A stretch of 64,000 bases of DNA, from NCBI RefSeq assembly GCF_006345805.1, contig NC_043002.1, positions 67,456,001-67,520,000 on the forward strand. Reading direction: 5' to 3'. Below, piece by piece: positions 62,184 to 64,000 of the stretch. The notes beneath the pieces were generated by a model. It was not told the origin of the DNA and made no database searches. It saw only the letters and a list, made by a program, of their open reading frames with translations. The position numbers were made by a program, and so were the translations under genes. This DNA comes from Octopus sinensis (Eukaryota). Within the stretch, counting starts at the first letter, position 1; every line of letters starts with the position of its first letter.

Positions 62184-62459
62184 GTTCACATTTACAGAAT
62201 GCAAAAGATGAAGACAGGTGAGGGAACAACAAGCAGGGGTATTAGTTTGACATTCAGGAAGAATGGAAAAGTCTTTGACATTTCAAGCCTATGTTCTTCA
62301 GCAGAAAGGATTGAGAGGGAAAAAAATGTGTAGGGCTTAACGGTTCAACATGATGAACATATATATATATATATATTTCTCCCCTCCCCCTCTTCTCCTC
62401 ACTACACCACATGACTTTACACATCACATCACATATGATGTGCCATACTAATACACACA

Positions 62460-62760
62460 CCAACTAATACATACTAATACATACTAGTACATACTAATAC
62501 TTACACCAACCCTATACATACACACGTCCAGACCCCGCATGCGCACTTATACTCTCTCATACACGCACACACACACCTATACATACCAATACGTACTAAT
62601 ACATACTAATACATACACCAACCCCATACATACGCACGTCCAGACCAATCCTACGCACTAATACTCTCTCATACACACACACACACACACACACACACCC
62701 TTATACATACTAATACATACACCAACCCTATACATACACACATCCAGACCCCTCCCACGC
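62460..62760. repeat. CATACTAATA-rich minisatellite with internal duplications
   Basis: Repeated CATACTAATA and TACACCAACCC.ATACATAC.CAC.TCCAGACC blocks. Confidence 0.7.
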
Positions 62761-62935
62761 ACTATTAGCTGGTCCCTCAACCCTTTTATCAACCCTATTA
62801 TCTCCCCTTATTTCGCTCTCGCGTCTCATGTTTGATCTTTGACCTCTGGCCAAAATCAGATCGCCATGTTGATTCGTTAGCTACTGCACGCATTTTTTTT
62901 CTCTCCTTCTTTCTGTGTTTTTCTCTCTCTGTGTA

Positions 62936-62973
62936 TCTTTCTGTTGAAGAGCGTAGGCTCGAAACGTTAAAGA
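62936..62973 (+). ncRNA. Minimal hammerhead-like motif with one core deviation
   Basis: TCTTT-CTGTTGA-A-GAGC-gtag-GCTC-GAAA-CG-TT-AAAGA. Confidence 0.55.
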
Positions 62974-64000
62974 CTTGTTTTATTTATATTTCCTGAGCGC
63001 CATACTAATACAATTGTTCGTTTGTTTTCCACCTGCCTTCGTCTTTTGTTTATTTTCATAAAGCTTCCCGTTATATATATATAAGACCTGGTAAGCCAAG
63101 TGAGATTGTAGCCTTGGCCTATGCTAATGTCACTGTCACATAACCGGCCATTTAAGAGAACCCTTCAACTGTCAGGCAATATGCTGTGCATGAGAAGACC
63201 TGTTGAGTCAAGTAAAATCATTGTCATGGACGATGTCAGCACTGCCTGACTGGCACCCATGCCAGTGACACGTAAAATGCACCATTCAAGTGTAGTTGGT
63301 GCCAGTGCCGCCAGACTGGCTCCCATGCCAGTGGATCATAAAAAGCACCATACAAGCATGGTCAATACCACTGCTGCCGGACAGGCCCCCATGCTGGTGG
63401 CATGTAAAAGGTACCCACTACACTCTTGGAGTGGTTGGCATTAGGAAGGGCATCAAGCTGTAGAAGCCTTGCCAAATCAGATTGGAGCCTGGTGCTTGCC
63501 AGTCCTCAGTCAAACTGTCCAACCCATACCAACATGGAAAGCGGACGTTAAATGATGATGATATGGGTGTGTATGTGTGTGTGCGTGTGCATGCATGGGT
63601 ATGTTTGTGTCTCCTTGTCTTGACATCACATGATAGTTGTAAACAAGTGTCATCATTATACAAGCAGTACTGTTCATTTTTAATTTTCTATGCAAACATG
63701 TTCAGCCAAAAGGAAATAGTAGCTTGTTTGGAATTAGGTGAGGACTAGCAACAAGAAGACCTAGAAAATCTGACTCATGCAAGCACGGAAAAGTAGTCAT
63801 TAAAATGATGTTGATTACCATATCTTACAGCATAATTAGACTCTCTTGTTTTCCATAAAGAATTGTTTCAAAGAAAAACCACCCTGGGTCCTATATGGGA
63901 AGTTGAGCCATGCTTTAATGTATTAAAAACGTTTTTTCCTGAATATGCGCTGTTGAAATTGTGATGCCTCTAAAATACCAAGTTTTATAAAAGACAGTAT

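Overview
AT-rich, intron-rich animal DNA. The repeat content (tRNA-derived SINEs with (TA)n/(CA)n cores and (GAT)n tails) points to an octopus or other coleoid cephalopod; this is an inference. Two spliced genes lie head-to-head. eIF3c is on the minus strand (10 coding exons, 21910 to 2110, continuing past base 1). AP5M1 (AP-5 mu) is on the plus strand (10 coding exons, 30831 to 59746, 3' end not found in the window). The introns hold a tRNA-Glu(UUC) gene, a nearly complete CR1-group LINE, a 5'-truncated sister copy, a decayed DD34E Tc1 transposon, hAT and piggyBac-type MITEs and many SINEs. The most unusual locus is 42.9-45.0 kb in AP5M1 intron 6. It holds a ~170-bp-arm near-perfect palindrome with a minimal hammerhead ribozyme in each arm, followed by ~2.8 tandem copies of a non-coding ~599-bp unit. 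Each unit carries a complete type I hammerhead on the minus strand, an architecture resembling retrozymes and circRNA-producing elements. Further hammerhead-like motifs occur at 29.0, 54.7 and 62.9 kb. The long LINE has a canonical G GGA AAC slippery heptamer at its ORF1 stop, in the phase that would lead into an AUG-less ORF2. All calls were made by eye; no searches or folding programs were run.
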